Positions 30,830 to 41,409 are shown, counted from the first letter of the whole stretch. The stretch: DNA of 61,611 nucleotides, filler included, from Anaerolineae bacterium (GCA_029262755.1; 4 parts of 4 records of this genome joined end to end with filler, not necessarily neighbours in it); one strand, 5' to 3'. The notes: generated from the letters alone by a model not told the origin. Made by a program: numbers and translations.

Positions 30830-32049
30830 TTGGATACCCCCAATACCTTGCCGAGGCGGTCGAGGAACCGAGGGTGCCAGAATACTCTGGGTGCAGGTGC
30901 GGCATCGGCGAGGATGTGGAAGGAACCGCGGGTGATATAGGGTTCGGTAACGCGTGCCCGGATGCGCAGCGATTCGACATTGCCGCTCTGCTGGTCCGCC
31001 CACCTGTACAGTTCCTTGCCGGCCTGTCGCAGCACGTCCTCGGCGCTGTTCTCGTCAAGATCCTCGAATACGCAATCCCTGTATCGGCTCCACTCATCGA
31101 CAAGGCGGTCTTCATAGTCTTCAATCTCTCGCGACACCAGTAGGTTCTCGCGCGCCCACTCCGACCGTTGTTCAAATGCCCTGTAATAATCCAGGATAGC
31201 GTTGCGGATGCGGCTGGAGCCGATTCCGATCTCCCGCAGTTGCATCACGAACGTCCGGGGGTCGCTCTTTGTGTCGATTTGGGCGGGAGGCTCCTTCCCA
31301 CGGAACGTGATGGGCAGGTTGTCCATCTTGTATTCCTCGGACAGAGCGGAAAGTTTGTCCGATACCTCGAAGCCGAAGATTCCTTCGCCCCTGTTGCCGG
31401 TCAGTTGCATGATAACCTCGTCGTTCCACCAACCCTCAAGCCGCTCGAATATGGCATTTCGGTGCTCGCGCCGGATGCTGCGCATGTGCCTGTCCTTGAT
31501 CTTCTCTGGGATGTCCTCAATCCGGGGACTGCCGTCGAGAATCAGGATGCGATCCAGGAAGTCCTGCTTTTCGGTCGGGGTCAGCTTGTCAAATTGTTTC
31601 TTGATGTCGCCGATGACGTCCGACTTCGACCTGCTAAGGGCTTCTTGCGCCTGTTCAACCAACGCCTCCGATCGGTCGCCCGTGTTGCCTTGGCCCGGCA
31701 GGAATGCCTTCAGGAACGAAGAATCCGAGACCGTGCCTGTCGTGAACAGGAAGAGGCGCATGTTCGATGCGACGCAGCCGTCGCGCTTGTATCGCGCCAG
31801 CCAGATACGGACGGACTTCCAGAAGTCGGTCGACAAGTCGGTCAGGCGATCGCCGGTTGCCTTGTGCTTGAGTGATGCGAGGTGCTTACTCCCGTCCTTG
31901 TCTACGAAGTCCAGATCATCGTCCTTCTCCAGGAAGACGGCAGTGTTCTCCGGCAACTCCATCAAACGGAGAAGGGCGAGCCGCGGCTGGTAGATGTATC
32001 CCAGGCCCTGCTCGATGGCTGAAAATCTGTCGGTGGTAGGGTCTTTCAT
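30826..32049 (-). CDS. lmuA: Lamassu / ABC-three-component effector: Cap4-like PD-(D/E)xK nuclease plus ABC-3C C-terminal domain
   Basis: SA..QGLGYIYQ..ALL, EKDDD..SLKH, DFWKSVRIW; C-terminal FVMQLREI..AILDYYRAFEQRSEW..RGSFHILAD..VFWHPRF. Confidence 0.78.
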   Translation of the reverse strand: MKDPTTDRFSAIEQGLGYIYQPRLALLRLMELPENTAVFLEKDDDLDFVDKDGSKHLASLKHKATGDRLTDLSTDFWKSVRIWLARYKRDGCVASNMRLFLFTTGTVSDSSFLKAFLPGQGNTGDRSEALVEQAQEALSRSKSDVIGDIKKQFDKLTPTEKQDFLDRILILDGSPRIEDIPEKIKDRHMRSIRREHRNAIFERLEGWWNDEVIMQLTGNRGEGIFGFEVSDKLSALSEEYKMDNLPITFRGKEPPAQIDTKSDPRTFVMQLREIGIGSSRIRNAILDYYRAFEQRSEWARENLLVSREIEDYEDRLVDEWSRYRDCVFEDLDENSAEDVLRQAGKELYRWADQQSGNVESLRIRARVTEPYITRGSFHILADAAPAPRVFWHPRFLDRLGKVLGVSK

Positions 32050-32289
32050 GGGCAGGCCCTTCTCTCGTGTGGTACCGCCATGATGACATTCCTGCCGCAA
32101 CACAGGGTTCCGGGAGCAACCATGGGAAGAACGCACGCCCTCACGGTGGGGCGACTTTGATCCTAGACCTCAGACGGTGCTGAGACTGTGAACAACGGCA
32201 AATATCACGCTCACGATATTCTGAGCCTCGAGGATCAATTGGGGCAGCGGAGGCATCTCGCAGAACGGCGACCCGCCTATGAGGCACGT

Positions 32290-32853
32290 TCACGTCACAT
32301 CTGAACGCCGATCAAGATACCGATACAGCGCCGACTTCGAGATCCCCATCATTGTGGCGATCTCCGCCACAGTATGCTCCCGCTCGTCGTAGAGCCGGTA
32401 GAGCAGCTTTTCCCGTTGCTTCGAGAGCTTCCGCGGCCGCCCGCCATTGCGCCCTCGAGCTCGTGCCGCAGCCAGCCCCGCCTGTGTCCGCTCTTGGATG
32501 AGATTGCGCTCGAACTCGGCCAAAGCACCGAACACGTGGAAGATGAGCCGGCCACCGGAGGTGGTCGTATCGACCGTTTCCTCAAGGCTCCGGAAGCCAA
32601 CGCCACGTTCCTGAAGCGCGGTCACCACTTCGATGAGGTGCTTCAGCGACCGACCCAGCCGATCCAGCCGCCAGACGACGATCGTGTCGCCTTCTCGCGC
32701 GTGGTTGAGAGCATCGTCCAATCCCGGTCGCGCAGCCCGCGCCCCGCTGGCTGTGTCGTGAAACACACGCACACAGCCGGCCGCCTTCAAGGCGTCCAGC
32801 TGGAGGTCCAGTTGTTGTTCGTGGGTCGAGACCCGTGCGTATCCGATGAGCAT
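32290..32853 (-). CDS. Serine recombinase (resolvase/invertase family)
   Basis: MLIGYARVST..Q, RPGL, VWRLDRLGRS, AEFERNLIQERT..G...AR.RGR.GGRP, C-terminal HTH. Confidence 0.96.
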   Translation of the reverse strand: MLIGYARVSTHEQQLDLQLDALKAAGCVRVFHDTASGARAARPGLDDALNHAREGDTIVVWRLDRLGRSLKHLIEVVTALQERGVGFRSLEETVDTTTSGGRLIFHVFGALAEFERNLIQERTQAGLAAARARGRNGGRPRKLSKQREKLLYRLYDEREHTVAEIATMMGISKSALYRYLDRRSDVT

Positions 32854-32865
32854 AGTTATCCAAGC

Positions 32866-32984
32866 GTCCCGAAACCCATGTAGGCGCGCTGCTTCGTAGA
32901 CGTTGAATAGTGTACCAAGTTTCGGGACAGCGAATCAAGCGGAGTTACCGTAGCCGTCACCGACGTCGAGGAATGTCCTGAAAA
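32866..32984. promoter_or_regulatory. Probable res site / resolvase binding subsites
   Basis: Perfect inverted repeat GTCCCGAAAC (32866-32875) / GTTTCGGGAC (32919-32928) plus a related half-site GTCCTGAAAA (32975-32984), directly upstream of the resolvase. Confidence 0.6.
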
Positions 32985-33060
32985 GGAGGGTCATATTGAC
33001 CGTCTAGCAGCAGAGCTCCAATGGGACGCACATATGACCTGATGTGAGTGCACGGAACCC

Positions 33061-33864
33061 CTATACAAGTAGCTGTATGCCCCGCAGCAACTTCGGATTG
33101 TTGTCGAGAGCCTCCCTATCCATCAGCTTGAGAGAAAAATGGTCCACGAGCTCCAACTCGATCGAGAGGACCACTGAATGCATGGCGCTCAAGCTTTGGG
33201 CCACGAAGGACGAGTCGAGCGGGTACCGTTCGCCGTCCGCAATGCCAGTGTCACCCGTCCGCTGCAAGTATACGTTGTTCACGATGCCATCATTGTGCAC
33301 AAGCAGATTTCGCACCTGGATCGCCTTGGCGACTCGCGTTTCTATGCCCGCATCTAACGACAGAGCTACTCCATATTGCTTGCGGAGAAATCGAAGCAAG
33401 TCCGCGAAGCTCTTGTAGCTGAGCGATTGCACTTTGCGCTCAGCCAACATCTCTCTGAAGCTGTCTATGCTCGGATGGCTCATGACCTCCTGCACTGTGA
33501 CCTTCTCGGATGAGATCAACATCTCCGGGCGTTGCTCGAACACAGCACGAAGCATGCCGATGACGTAGTGTAGGAACAAGTCGACGCTTAGGCTCAGGTT
33601 CATCCTTTGAACAAGGTAGTAGTGGTCATCCAACGGAACATCAGCTACTAGTTTGCGCCACTGGTCAATGAATTCATCTGTCGACTCGCCAGCGGAGTTG
33701 GCTGGGACGGATTGTCTTTCAAGCTCCAGTTTGGCTCCATGAACGATCGCAATCTGGAGGAACGCAACGAGGCTTGCAAAGTGCAGCCTATTTAGGACGT
33801 AGTTCGCGAGAGCCGGCGTTGGCCGCTGACCCTTGTCGAAGAGTGCCTCAGAGAATGTGGGCAT
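33061..33864 (-). CDS. Hypothetical protein with HEPN-like RxxxxH motif
   Basis: Helical-looking protein with VRNLLVHNDGIV; visibly lower GC than the flanks. Confidence 0.6.
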   Translation of the reverse strand: MPTFSEALFDKGQRPTPALANYVLNRLHFASLVAFLQIAIVHGAKLELERQSVPANSAGESTDEFIDQWRKLVADVPLDDHYYLVQRMNLSLSVDLFLHYVIGMLRAVFEQRPEMLISSEKVTVQEVMSHPSIDSFREMLAERKVQSLSYKSFADLLRFLRKQYGVALSLDAGIETRVAKAIQVRNLLVHNDGIVNNVYLQRTGDTGIADGERYPLDSSFVAQSLSAMHSVVLSIELELVDHFSLKLMDREALDNNPKLLRGIQLLV

Positions 33865-34515
33865 TCACCGTTTCCTATCACTTGCCAATGGGTGACGGCG
33901 TGAGCGATGGCGATTCATGGGCCCCAGAGTCGATGAGTGTTCGCGTACCCACTTGATCGGGGTCGTCCTCGTGATAGCGCGTCGTGTTCGAGCTCTAAGG
34001 CTAGAATTCTACCCCACGTTGACGGGCTACCGATAAGGCCAAGAGCCTTATAAGGGGTTGCAGTAGCAACTCCCTATTGGGCGGTTCATGCAGTCCACAT
34101 AACGACCCTATTCGTTACCGCCAGAAAGCCCCGAAAAGACAGGCCACACCCCGTCTCCGGGCCACCTGGAGATGACGGTAAGGAAACTCACCCTATTTCG
34201 AGACCCGACTCAACCATGTCGCCACGCTCCCTACTCCTAGCCAGCGTATCACCAGTTCTCGAGCGAAACAACCACCTGGTGAGACCGATCTCAGCGCCAC
34301 CCCACCAACGTCGCCCTATCATGCCCCACGCGGAGGCGGGCCGCCTGGCATGATGGTGGAGGTCTCTCCACCGTCGGTGAACGCACACCCGGCGCATCTG
34401 CGCGTGAGCCACCCCGCTAGATCGCCAGGACCTCGTCGTGCCGGGTGATGCGACGGTTGCGCCGCCGGGGTTATAGGGGTGATCCAGCTCAAGCCGGTAC
34501 GACCCGAGTACCCGG

Positions 34516-34977
34516 CTAGCCGGCATCGGGCGTCGGGCCAAGCTCAACGAGATCGTACTTGGCGTTCAGCGCCTTCATCTTGGCCGGGTTCTCGAAGTCG
34601 GACGCGGAGAAGGTCGCAAGCTCGGCAAGGTATCCGTCGAAACCCGCGGGCTGGTAGATCATCAACATCCGTCCGGTCGCACCTGCCGGAAGCCGGCACG
34701 CGTGAGGAGCGCCGGGCGGCACGTGAATGCAGGTGCCGGCCTCAGCCGAGATCCACGCGTCGTTCACGTAGAAATCGATGGGACCCTCCAGCACATAGAA
34801 GGTCTCGGCATGGAAGTCGTGGCGATGAAGACCCAAGGCGAAGCCGGGCTTCAGATTGTCTTCCATGAGCGTGTACGCACCGCCCGTGTCTTCGGCGGAC
34901 ACCTTCACGAACGTGTGATCCGCGGACCAGTCGTAGTCCGTTCCGCCGCCTGGGGTCACCACGAGACACTTCTTCAC
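34516..34977 (-). CDS. Cupin domain protein
   Basis: LHRHDFHAETFYVLEG, CIHVPPGAPH; GTG start with a GGAG RBS. Confidence 0.88.
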   Translation of the reverse strand: MKKCLVVTPGGGTDYDWSADHTFVKVSAEDTGGAYTLMEDNLKPGFALGLHRHDFHAETFYVLEGPIDFYVNDAWISAEAGTCIHVPPGAPHACRLPAGATGRMLMIYQPAGFDGYLAELATFSASDFENPAKMKALNAKYDLVELGPTPDAG

Positions 34978-35052
34978 GTCATCCACTCCCTTGAACGTAG
35001 TCGGAACCAACGAGCTACCCACATGCCGCATGCCGGCCCTCTTCGGGCCACG

Positions 35053-35451
35053 CTATTCGATTGGCCGGACAATGTCGGGTTCCGGATCCTGCGTGAAGCG
35101 CACCGCCTTGACCGAGTCGAAGCCGAACGCATAGCACTTCAAGATGCGGTGCATCCCGTCCATGACGTCACCGTCAGCGCTGATGACGATCGGGTATTGA
35201 AGATCGGCCGCGAGCATCTTCTTGAAGTGATCGCCGAGGTCCCGCCAAAGCGGCGGTTCGCTCAGCGAATTGCACCGGAAGTTGTCGTTGGTCCAGTCGA
35301 AGCTCGCAAGCGGAACTTGTTCCACAGGAAGCCTCGAGGCGGCCTTCCAGAGAGATCGCGCACTCCAGAAGTACAGGTTGGATGCGTCGCTTTCGACGTA
35401 TCCGTGTTCCGGCCAGGGTAGGTCTATGGTGTTTCGAAGTGCACCTTCCAT
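35053..35451 (-). CDS. Small ParB/Srx-like domain protein
   Basis: ADLQYPIVISADGDVMDGMHRILK (PI..DG.HR motif). Confidence 0.6.
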   Translation of the reverse strand: MEGALRNTIDLPWPEHGYVESDASNLYFWSARSLWKAASRLPVEQVPLASFDWTNDNFRCNSLSEPPLWRDLGDHFKKMLAADLQYPIVISADGDVMDGMHRILKCYAFGFDSVKAVRFTQDPEPDIVRPIE

Positions 35452-35534
35452 CGCGGAAGCCTAGGCGACGTTGGATCGGAGGTGGCGAATGCGACCGTAT
35501 TTCACGATTGAGTTGCGGGCGGGGCGCGGCTTGA

Positions 35535-36890
35535 CTAAGGGTTACAGGAATTTGCTAGAGTTGGCCATGAGTCCCCCCTGTCTCGTCCGACAGCCATGCT
35601 TGCACGCACGAGTGAACTCTCGGTAGCTAGTTGCTCAAGCGCGTCAATACTCCAGTCCCGGTTCTCGGCGTTCCATGTCCCGGCGATCAGCCAAACTAGA
35701 TCGTCCCTTCGCCACGCGATCCCGGAATAGGGCGGAACCGAGATCGAAGCGACGGAGGGATGCGACCGCTCCGTGGAGCTGACAACCGGCTCGACAACGG
35801 ACGTCGCGACAACCGCCTGTGGCCACAGACGGGCGAATAGGCTAGGGGCATTGTCTGGCCCCAAGGCGACGGTACGTTCCTCATGTGAACCTGCGAGCTG
35901 CTCCACGAGAAGCCACCTCGTCGACTGGCTCCGTCGCCATTCGTTACGGACAAGCCGCTCGGACCACTCACTTGCAATGAACAGCCGCGATCGTTCTGAA
36001 GCGGCCAAAACGTTTCCTATCCCCTCCGGGAGATGGTCCAATAACAGCGATGCTGCATTCGTGCGATCGAAGGCTTGGTAGCGGAAGTGCTGGCGCGAGA
36101 CCGGTGTCGACAACTCGCTGTACAACGCCGGACGTGGCGTTCCGGCCTGTCGCGATTGGCACCACAGGCCAGAGAACAAGGAGCCATCTGACTCACGGCT
36201 TTCGACGCCAAGCGTGATGTTGTCGGCGGAGATCCAAAGGTCGATGACGCCGCCATCAACGCCGTACACCGCGTCGCGATCGATTTGATAGTGTACCGCT
36301 TCCGCGCTGCACACCTCGCCTTTCCCAACGACGCGCATCCAGCCCATGAGGAGAGCCTGGGATAGGTCGCTGGGCGCCACTCTTAACGACCTCCCGGACC
36401 CGGCGATGATCGGGCGTCCCTCAACTAGGAGCCTCGGATCTCCGGCTTGACCGGCCACCCGATACGCGAGCGGATCGGGAAGGGGCGCCTCGAGCCTGGC
36501 GACAACCTCATGACGATCGACCAGGTATGAGGCCCTCCGTTCGGAGCCCTTGACCGAGTAGTAGGCCACGATATCGCTACTGGGCTCGAGTCCTGAGTGC
36601 AATAGATACTCTTCTCCTCCTTCTTCGCCGAAGAAGGCTTGCATACGTTGGTCTCGCTTTCCGCCGACTCCTTGCCGGTACGTCATCGCTAGCCCACTCT
36701 CACCTATGGTCGGCGAGTTGCCTGCGTCATCCGTCTCCATGGGAGCGCTGGATGCGCCCGCCCCGCGCGCTGGCGAGGTGACGCGATTGGCGCATCCACC
36801 CAAGACGACGATCGACAGCGCAACTACGCAGTAAAAGAGCGCGAGATCACGTGGTAGGGCTGCGCGACGATGGAGTTGATCCGTAGACAT
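35535..36890 (-). CDS. Hypothetical lipoprotein
   Basis: ATG 36890 with a GGAAGG RBS; hydrophobic stretch ending in lipobox VLGG-C. Confidence 0.55.
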   Translation of the reverse strand: MSTDQLHRRAALPRDLALFYCVVALSIVVLGGCANRVTSPARGAGASSAPMETDDAGNSPTIGESGLAMTYRQGVGGKRDQRMQAFFGEEGGEEYLLHSGLEPSSDIVAYYSVKGSERRASYLVDRHEVVARLEAPLPDPLAYRVAGQAGDPRLLVEGRPIIAGSGRSLRVAPSDLSQALLMGWMRVVGKGEVCSAEAVHYQIDRDAVYGVDGGVIDLWISADNITLGVESRESDGSLFSGLWCQSRQAGTPRPALYSELSTPVSRQHFRYQAFDRTNAASLLLDHLPEGIGNVLAASERSRLFIASEWSERLVRNEWRRSQSTRWLLVEQLAGSHEERTVALGPDNAPSLFARLWPQAVVATSVVEPVVSSTERSHPSVASISVPPYSGIAWRRDDLVWLIAGTWNAENRDWSIDALEQLATESSLVRASMAVGRDRGDSWPTLANSCNP

Positions 36891-37051
36891 GTGCCTTCCG
36901 CGATTGGACGAGAATGTCGAAGATCGGGCACTGCCGCAGCTGGAGAGATGTGACGACGGACAGGATGCGCGCTTCGAATCGGCCGGGAAGAACCGAATTC
37001 GGCAGCGTGTCTCGAGCATACCAAGCGATCACGCCCACCGTTGGGCCGCGT

Positions 37052-39238
37052 TCACCGCAACGCCCACGGGATCGCGATGCGCACGGGCACCACAGGCGTG
37101 GTCGTGGCGGTGGCTATCGCTGTTGGGCTCGGCGGGGGCAGCGCCGGTGGCGGTGGGCTCGGCAGGGGTGTGGCCGTCGGGACGATACGATCGAGCGCGA
37201 GGATGTGGATGTCGGGCGCGGCCGCGAAGAGCAGGCCGTCCGCCACGGCCAGGCCATCAATGCCCTCGGTTCTTGCGATACCTGTAAGTGGCAACTGCCC
37301 GACAATACGAGGCAGGTCCTCGGCGTCCAGTTCCAGAACATGCACGACGGGTTGGGACGAAACAGCCCGCGACGCATCCGCCAGGAACAGGCAGTGACCG
37401 TCTCGTGCCAGGATGCTGCCCGGGACCTCGACCCGTCCTATGCGCAGCGGGGCCATCGGATCGCTAAGATCGAGGACCTCGAGCCCGTTACGTGTCGCCA
37501 GGAGGAGGCGGCCGCCGTGGACGAGCGCATCGTTCACGTGATCCTCCAGCACGATCGGAGGGGCGAAGACCGGCGCCGCCGGATCCGTTAGCTCCATCGG
37601 CCGAAGCTCGCTGCCGAGCTTGTGGTAGCCGACCGTGCCATGGAAGGCCAGGATGGTGCCTGGCGGACGAATATCGTCGAGGACTACAGGCGACGACGGA
37701 TCGGTCGCGTCGAATACGGCGAGACGAAGGCCATCCGCCGGTTCCGGCAGCGGCACGTCCGTGAGGCTCAGGTTCACAAACACACGGTCGGCCAGGACAG
37801 CGGGCGCGCCGGGCGCACCGGGTAGCGCGATGTTCGACTGCACGTGCGGCCTATCTTCGGTGCCGACATCGATCGCCACCAGGCCGCCCACGAAGCCGTT
37901 CGAACCGGTGGCCCACAACAAGCCGGGGCGACCCTGTACCAGGTCGAGCGAGATACGGCTCCACCCCACGAACGCCGCGCCGCGTTCGCGCAGCTGGTCG
38001 TCGCCATCGAAGGCGAGGCTGTGCAGCGACTGGCCCAGGGACTCGGCGAAGAGACGATCACCGATCCGCAACAACGATCCGCGACCGCCGTAACTCGCTC
38101 GCGCGTAGAACAGGTAGCGCCCGCGTGTCGCCTGTGATCCGGCAAACCCACCTGCGAGCACCTCGAGGAGTCCGTCCGCGGCGATTACCGGTCGCGCGCC
38201 GTCGAGCGTGAGGCCTCGGATCGTGGCCCCTCGGCTGTGGAGCGAATGGAGCACAGGCGACCGTGGATCCGACAGGTCATAGGTGTAGAGCGTGCTGCTG
38301 GAGGATCCAATGAGCATCGAGCCGGTCAATAGGACGTGTTCAAGCCCTGCTCGCGGCGTCTCGATGACGGCAATCGGCTCCGGCCGCGTGGGATCGCTCA
38401 GGTCGAAGACGACCGGTCCGCTCCCGAAGGTAGCTCCGTACGCGAGCCCATCGCCAAAGGTCATGTCCCGCAGCCGGCCCTCGAAGGCCACACCGCCGGT
38501 CACGACGGGCGCGGCCGGGTTGCGGACGTCGATCGCCACGATCCCGCGCTCCCGCGAAGGCAGCAGGTGATCGTTGGCATAGAGCATGCCCTCGTGGATA
38601 AAGTAGGGGCCGGCGGGCGGATGCTCCAAGCTACCGACCTGAACGAGCCGTGACGCCCCGCCAGACGGATCTGCGGCAAGCGAGAACACACGCAGTCGCG
38701 GTTCAATTCCACGAGGCGAATGGGCGAAGATCCGCCCATCCCATAGCGCGATGTCCGGTGCCTCCGCACCCAGGGTCACGGCGGCCAGCGGCTGCGGCAG
38801 ATCGCCTTCGAGCCCGTAGACGTGTAGCCCACCCGCCTTCGTGACCGCGACCAAGAGCCCGTGCTCCTCGTCGACCTGCAAGTCCGCAACCACTGCGGGC
38901 AACCGCAATTCCGCGGTTGCTCCGAACTCGACGGGCAGCGGCTCCTCACCGCTCACCCCGTCGAGTGGCACGACGCGAATCCCGGTTCCGACGGCAAGGT
39001 AAGCGCGACCCTCCGCGACTGCGACGTCCGCCGTCACGCCGCCCAGCCGGCCGACGGACGACGCGAACGTCGGGCAAGGGGATTCCTGCGCGACAGCGAA
39101 GGGGACAGCGGGCAACGCGCCCAGCATGAGCGCCAGGCTGCTCGAGGCCAGGAGGGCACGAAAGAGGGCGGCAATCGGCACGGAACACTCGCTAGCTGAA
39201 AGACGAGTCACGGCGACCTCCTGCGGTCTACGCTTCAC
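37052..39238 (-). CDS. Secreted LVIVD-repeat-like beta-propeller protein with Pro/Thr linker and C-terminal tail
   Basis: Signal peptide (AVA-QE); repeated 'vfDlSDPxxP' units; ends PTATPLPSPPP...VRIAIPWALR. Confidence 0.8.
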   Translation of the reverse strand: MKRRPQEVAVTRLSASECSVPIAALFRALLASSSLALMLGALPAVPFAVAQESPCPTFASSVGRLGGVTADVAVAEGRAYLAVGTGIRVVPLDGVSGEEPLPVEFGATAELRLPAVVADLQVDEEHGLLVAVTKAGGLHVYGLEGDLPQPLAAVTLGAEAPDIALWDGRIFAHSPRGIEPRLRVFSLAADPSGGASRLVQVGSLEHPPAGPYFIHEGMLYANDHLLPSRERGIVAIDVRNPAAPVVTGGVAFEGRLRDMTFGDGLAYGATFGSGPVVFDLSDPTRPEPIAVIETPRAGLEHVLLTGSMLIGSSSSTLYTYDLSDPRSPVLHSLHSRGATIRGLTLDGARPVIAADGLLEVLAGGFAGSQATRGRYLFYARASYGGRGSLLRIGDRLFAESLGQSLHSLAFDGDDQLRERGAAFVGWSRISLDLVQGRPGLLWATGSNGFVGGLVAIDVGTEDRPHVQSNIALPGAPGAPAVLADRVFVNLSLTDVPLPEPADGLRLAVFDATDPSSPVVLDDIRPPGTILAFHGTVGYHKLGSELRPMELTDPAAPVFAPPIVLEDHVNDALVHGGRLLLATRNGLEVLDLSDPMAPLRIGRVEVPGSILARDGHCLFLADASRAVSSQPVVHVLELDAEDLPRIVGQLPLTGIARTEGIDGLAVADGLLFAAAPDIHILALDRIVPTATPLPSPPPPALPPPSPTAIATATTTPVVPVRIAIPWALR

Positions 39239-39631
39239 CTATGCATCGTTGCATCGGTCACGTACGGCTGGGAACCGGATGGCGTGACTGAGCGGTTACC
39301 CACTCCCGTATCGTGCGGTAATGCGGCTATCGATTGAAGGCACGTGAGCCAGCGCAGCGTCAACTTGAATTCGGCATCGTATTGTCTCGCGCGAAGCTTG
39401 TTGGGCGCGGGCGCCTCCCATGAACCATCGACGATCCTCGGCGGCCCAAAGCAGCGTCTCGGTCTCGCCCGTGCCATATGGCCGCTCTATGGCGCCGGAG
39501 CGCAGCGACAGAACCTCTAATGCGGCATCGCCAGATCGAGACGGATCGGCCCGCTCCGAACGCCTCCAGGCCGTGCGCACCGATAGGAAGCTCGAGTGCC
39601 ATCGTAGCTTGGGACAACGAGCATCGTCGAC

Positions 39632-40294
39632 CTACCCCACCGTCCTCACCCATGCGCCCACGATGATTCCAGTATCGGCAAGGATGTGCGTTGCAATCGG
39701 CAGGCTCATGCCCTTCGAGAGCCTGTTCATCTGGAGCCACATCAGGGAGGCTGCCACGAGCACGACGAAACACAAGAGCAAGAAGGGCGGCCCGAGAATC
39801 GAGTAGAGCACGATCATGTGATATCCGGCGAAGACGGGATGGGCGAGCCAGGTCCGTTCCCGGAGCGGTCGCCAATGGATCTGCTCGAGAACGGGATGAA
39901 CGAATCCGAAGTAAGGAATCATCAGCAGCAGCGCCGCGCCCGACAATCCGTGAGCCGCCAGCCATTGCGATAGGTCTGTGTTTGTTACGAACGGGGCGAG
40001 CAGGTAGAGGCCGGGCCCTGCTGCCGCCGCGGGGGGTGCGGCCAGTATGAATAGGGAGTGTGGGCGCTTCCATTGTGGCCACCGATGGGCGCGGAGTTCG
40101 CCTCGCGCCCAAAAAAGAATCTGCGCGTGATAGGCGAGGATCGCGAGCCAGGCACTGCTCCATTCCGTGCCGAAACCGCTCCAAAACACGATGACGGCCA
40201 CGTATGGGGCAAGCAGCTTTGCGAGCGTACGACGTCGCTCCTGGGTTGACGCATTCTGCACGCGGACCTCCAATGCCCTCGCCTCCGTTGTCAC
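39632..40294 (-). CDS. CPBP (Abi/CAAX-like) intramembrane protease family protein
   Basis: PVLEQIHWR, FAGYH, PIATHILAD in a multi-TM protein; second Glu of EExxxR replaced by Gln. Confidence 0.65.
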   Translation of the reverse strand: MTTEARALEVRVQNASTQERRRTLAKLLAPYVAVIVFWSGFGTEWSSAWLAILAYHAQILFWARGELRAHRWPQWKRPHSLFILAAPPAAAAGPGLYLLAPFVTNTDLSQWLAAHGLSGAALLLMIPYFGFVHPVLEQIHWRPLRERTWLAHPVFAGYHMIVLYSILGPPFLLLCFVVLVAASLMWLQMNRLSKGMSLPIATHILADTGIIVGAWVRTVG

Positions 40295-40512
40295 CCTCTC
40301 ATCACACCAACACTAGCGTCTCTCGAATCGGCCGGCTCCGACTACGTTTGGATTGGGCGTCGGACTCGTTCGACTCTCCGGAGTCGATTCCGCCGTCCCG
40401 ATTGCACGTTGCGGTGGGAGTTCTCGGACGACCAATCGAAACTGACGACGCCCCAAAACGTCGCTACGCCGAGAGAGCTTGTGGTTGTCTTCCCGTAGGC
40501 CGGGGATCACCC

Positions 40513-41409
40513 CTATCTGCCGCCGACCCACGCGCGCAGTTGCTCTTCGTCCACAAGCTGGACGTCGAGTACGCCATGCCACTGCCAGGTACCATCGGTG
40601 TCCAACGGCAGGAAGTGCTTGGCGTCGAGGCAGATCGCGCGCTCGCCGGTCGTCTCCGTCAAGCGTTCCGCTCGCTGGCGGCAGCGCGCGAGGCCGGGCC
40701 ACTCATGCCAAGAGCTCGCCGAATAGTCGTAAAGCAGGACCACGCCTCGGTCATTTGCATCAAAGTGCACGATGCCCGGACCGAAAAATTGGTGCTCGAA
40801 CGCGCAGCCCGAATGCGGCCCTTCCGTTGCGATGGCCCGTCCACCAGGCACAAGCGTCACGATGCGCCGCACGTCCGTCGATCCCGACAGCACACCGAGT
40901 TGTTCATCCACGCGCAGTACGACGAGGTGGTTGGGCACGAAGGCTCTCTCGGCCTGCCGATACGTTTCCCACTCTTGATGCATGGCCGTTAGCGTTGCGT
41001 CGATGGCTCGCGTCTCGTCGTCGTCCGCGGACTCTGCCCTCTCTTCAAGCTCGCCCATGGATACCTCCAACGCCTCCAGATCTTCGTTATGCTGCGGGTG
41101 CAGCCCGGGTGGCACACGCCCCGTCTCGGTATCGAACAAGGCGGCGTCGATCACCTCGACCTCGACACCGGCGACCAGCGTCGCCGCGGCGAATGCGCCG
41201 TCGGGATCATCGACTGCCGGGGCGTGCCCGATGCTGTGGCTAACGAAGCCGCAGTCTTCGTGATCTCGTTGGCCGGATCCCGCGGCCGCAGACTCGTTCT
41301 CGTGGGCGGGGATGGTGGTGGTCACCGCTGAACAGGCGGCCAAAGCCAGCACGGCGAGGGCGCTCACGGCCCCTGCAGCAGGCGTCGTCTTGACGTGCCT
41401 CACCGGCAT
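40513..41409 (-). CDS. Hypothetical lipoprotein
   Basis: GGAGGGAGG RBS; lipobox LAA-C. Confidence 0.65.
   Translation of the reverse strand: MPVRHVKTTPAAGAVSALAVLALAACSAVTTTIPAHENESAAAGSGQRDHEDCGFVSHSIGHAPAVDDPDGAFAAATLVAGVEVEVIDAALFDTETGRVPPGLHPQHNEDLEALEVSMGELEERAESADDDETRAIDATLTAMHQEWETYRQAERAFVPNHLVVLRVDEQLGVLSGSTDVRRIVTLVPGGRAIATEGPHSGCAFEHQFFGPGIVHFDANDRGVVLLYDYSASSWHEWPGLARCRQRAERLTETTGERAICLDAKHFLPLDTDGTWQWHGVLDVQLVDEEQLRAWVGGR

Noticed and set aside
33959..33999. GGGGTCGTC...CTAAG resembling a Tn3/Tn21 terminal inverted repeat
   Set aside because: 41 bp rather than 38, the middle does not match, it faces away from the resolvase, and I saw no partner repeat or transposase.
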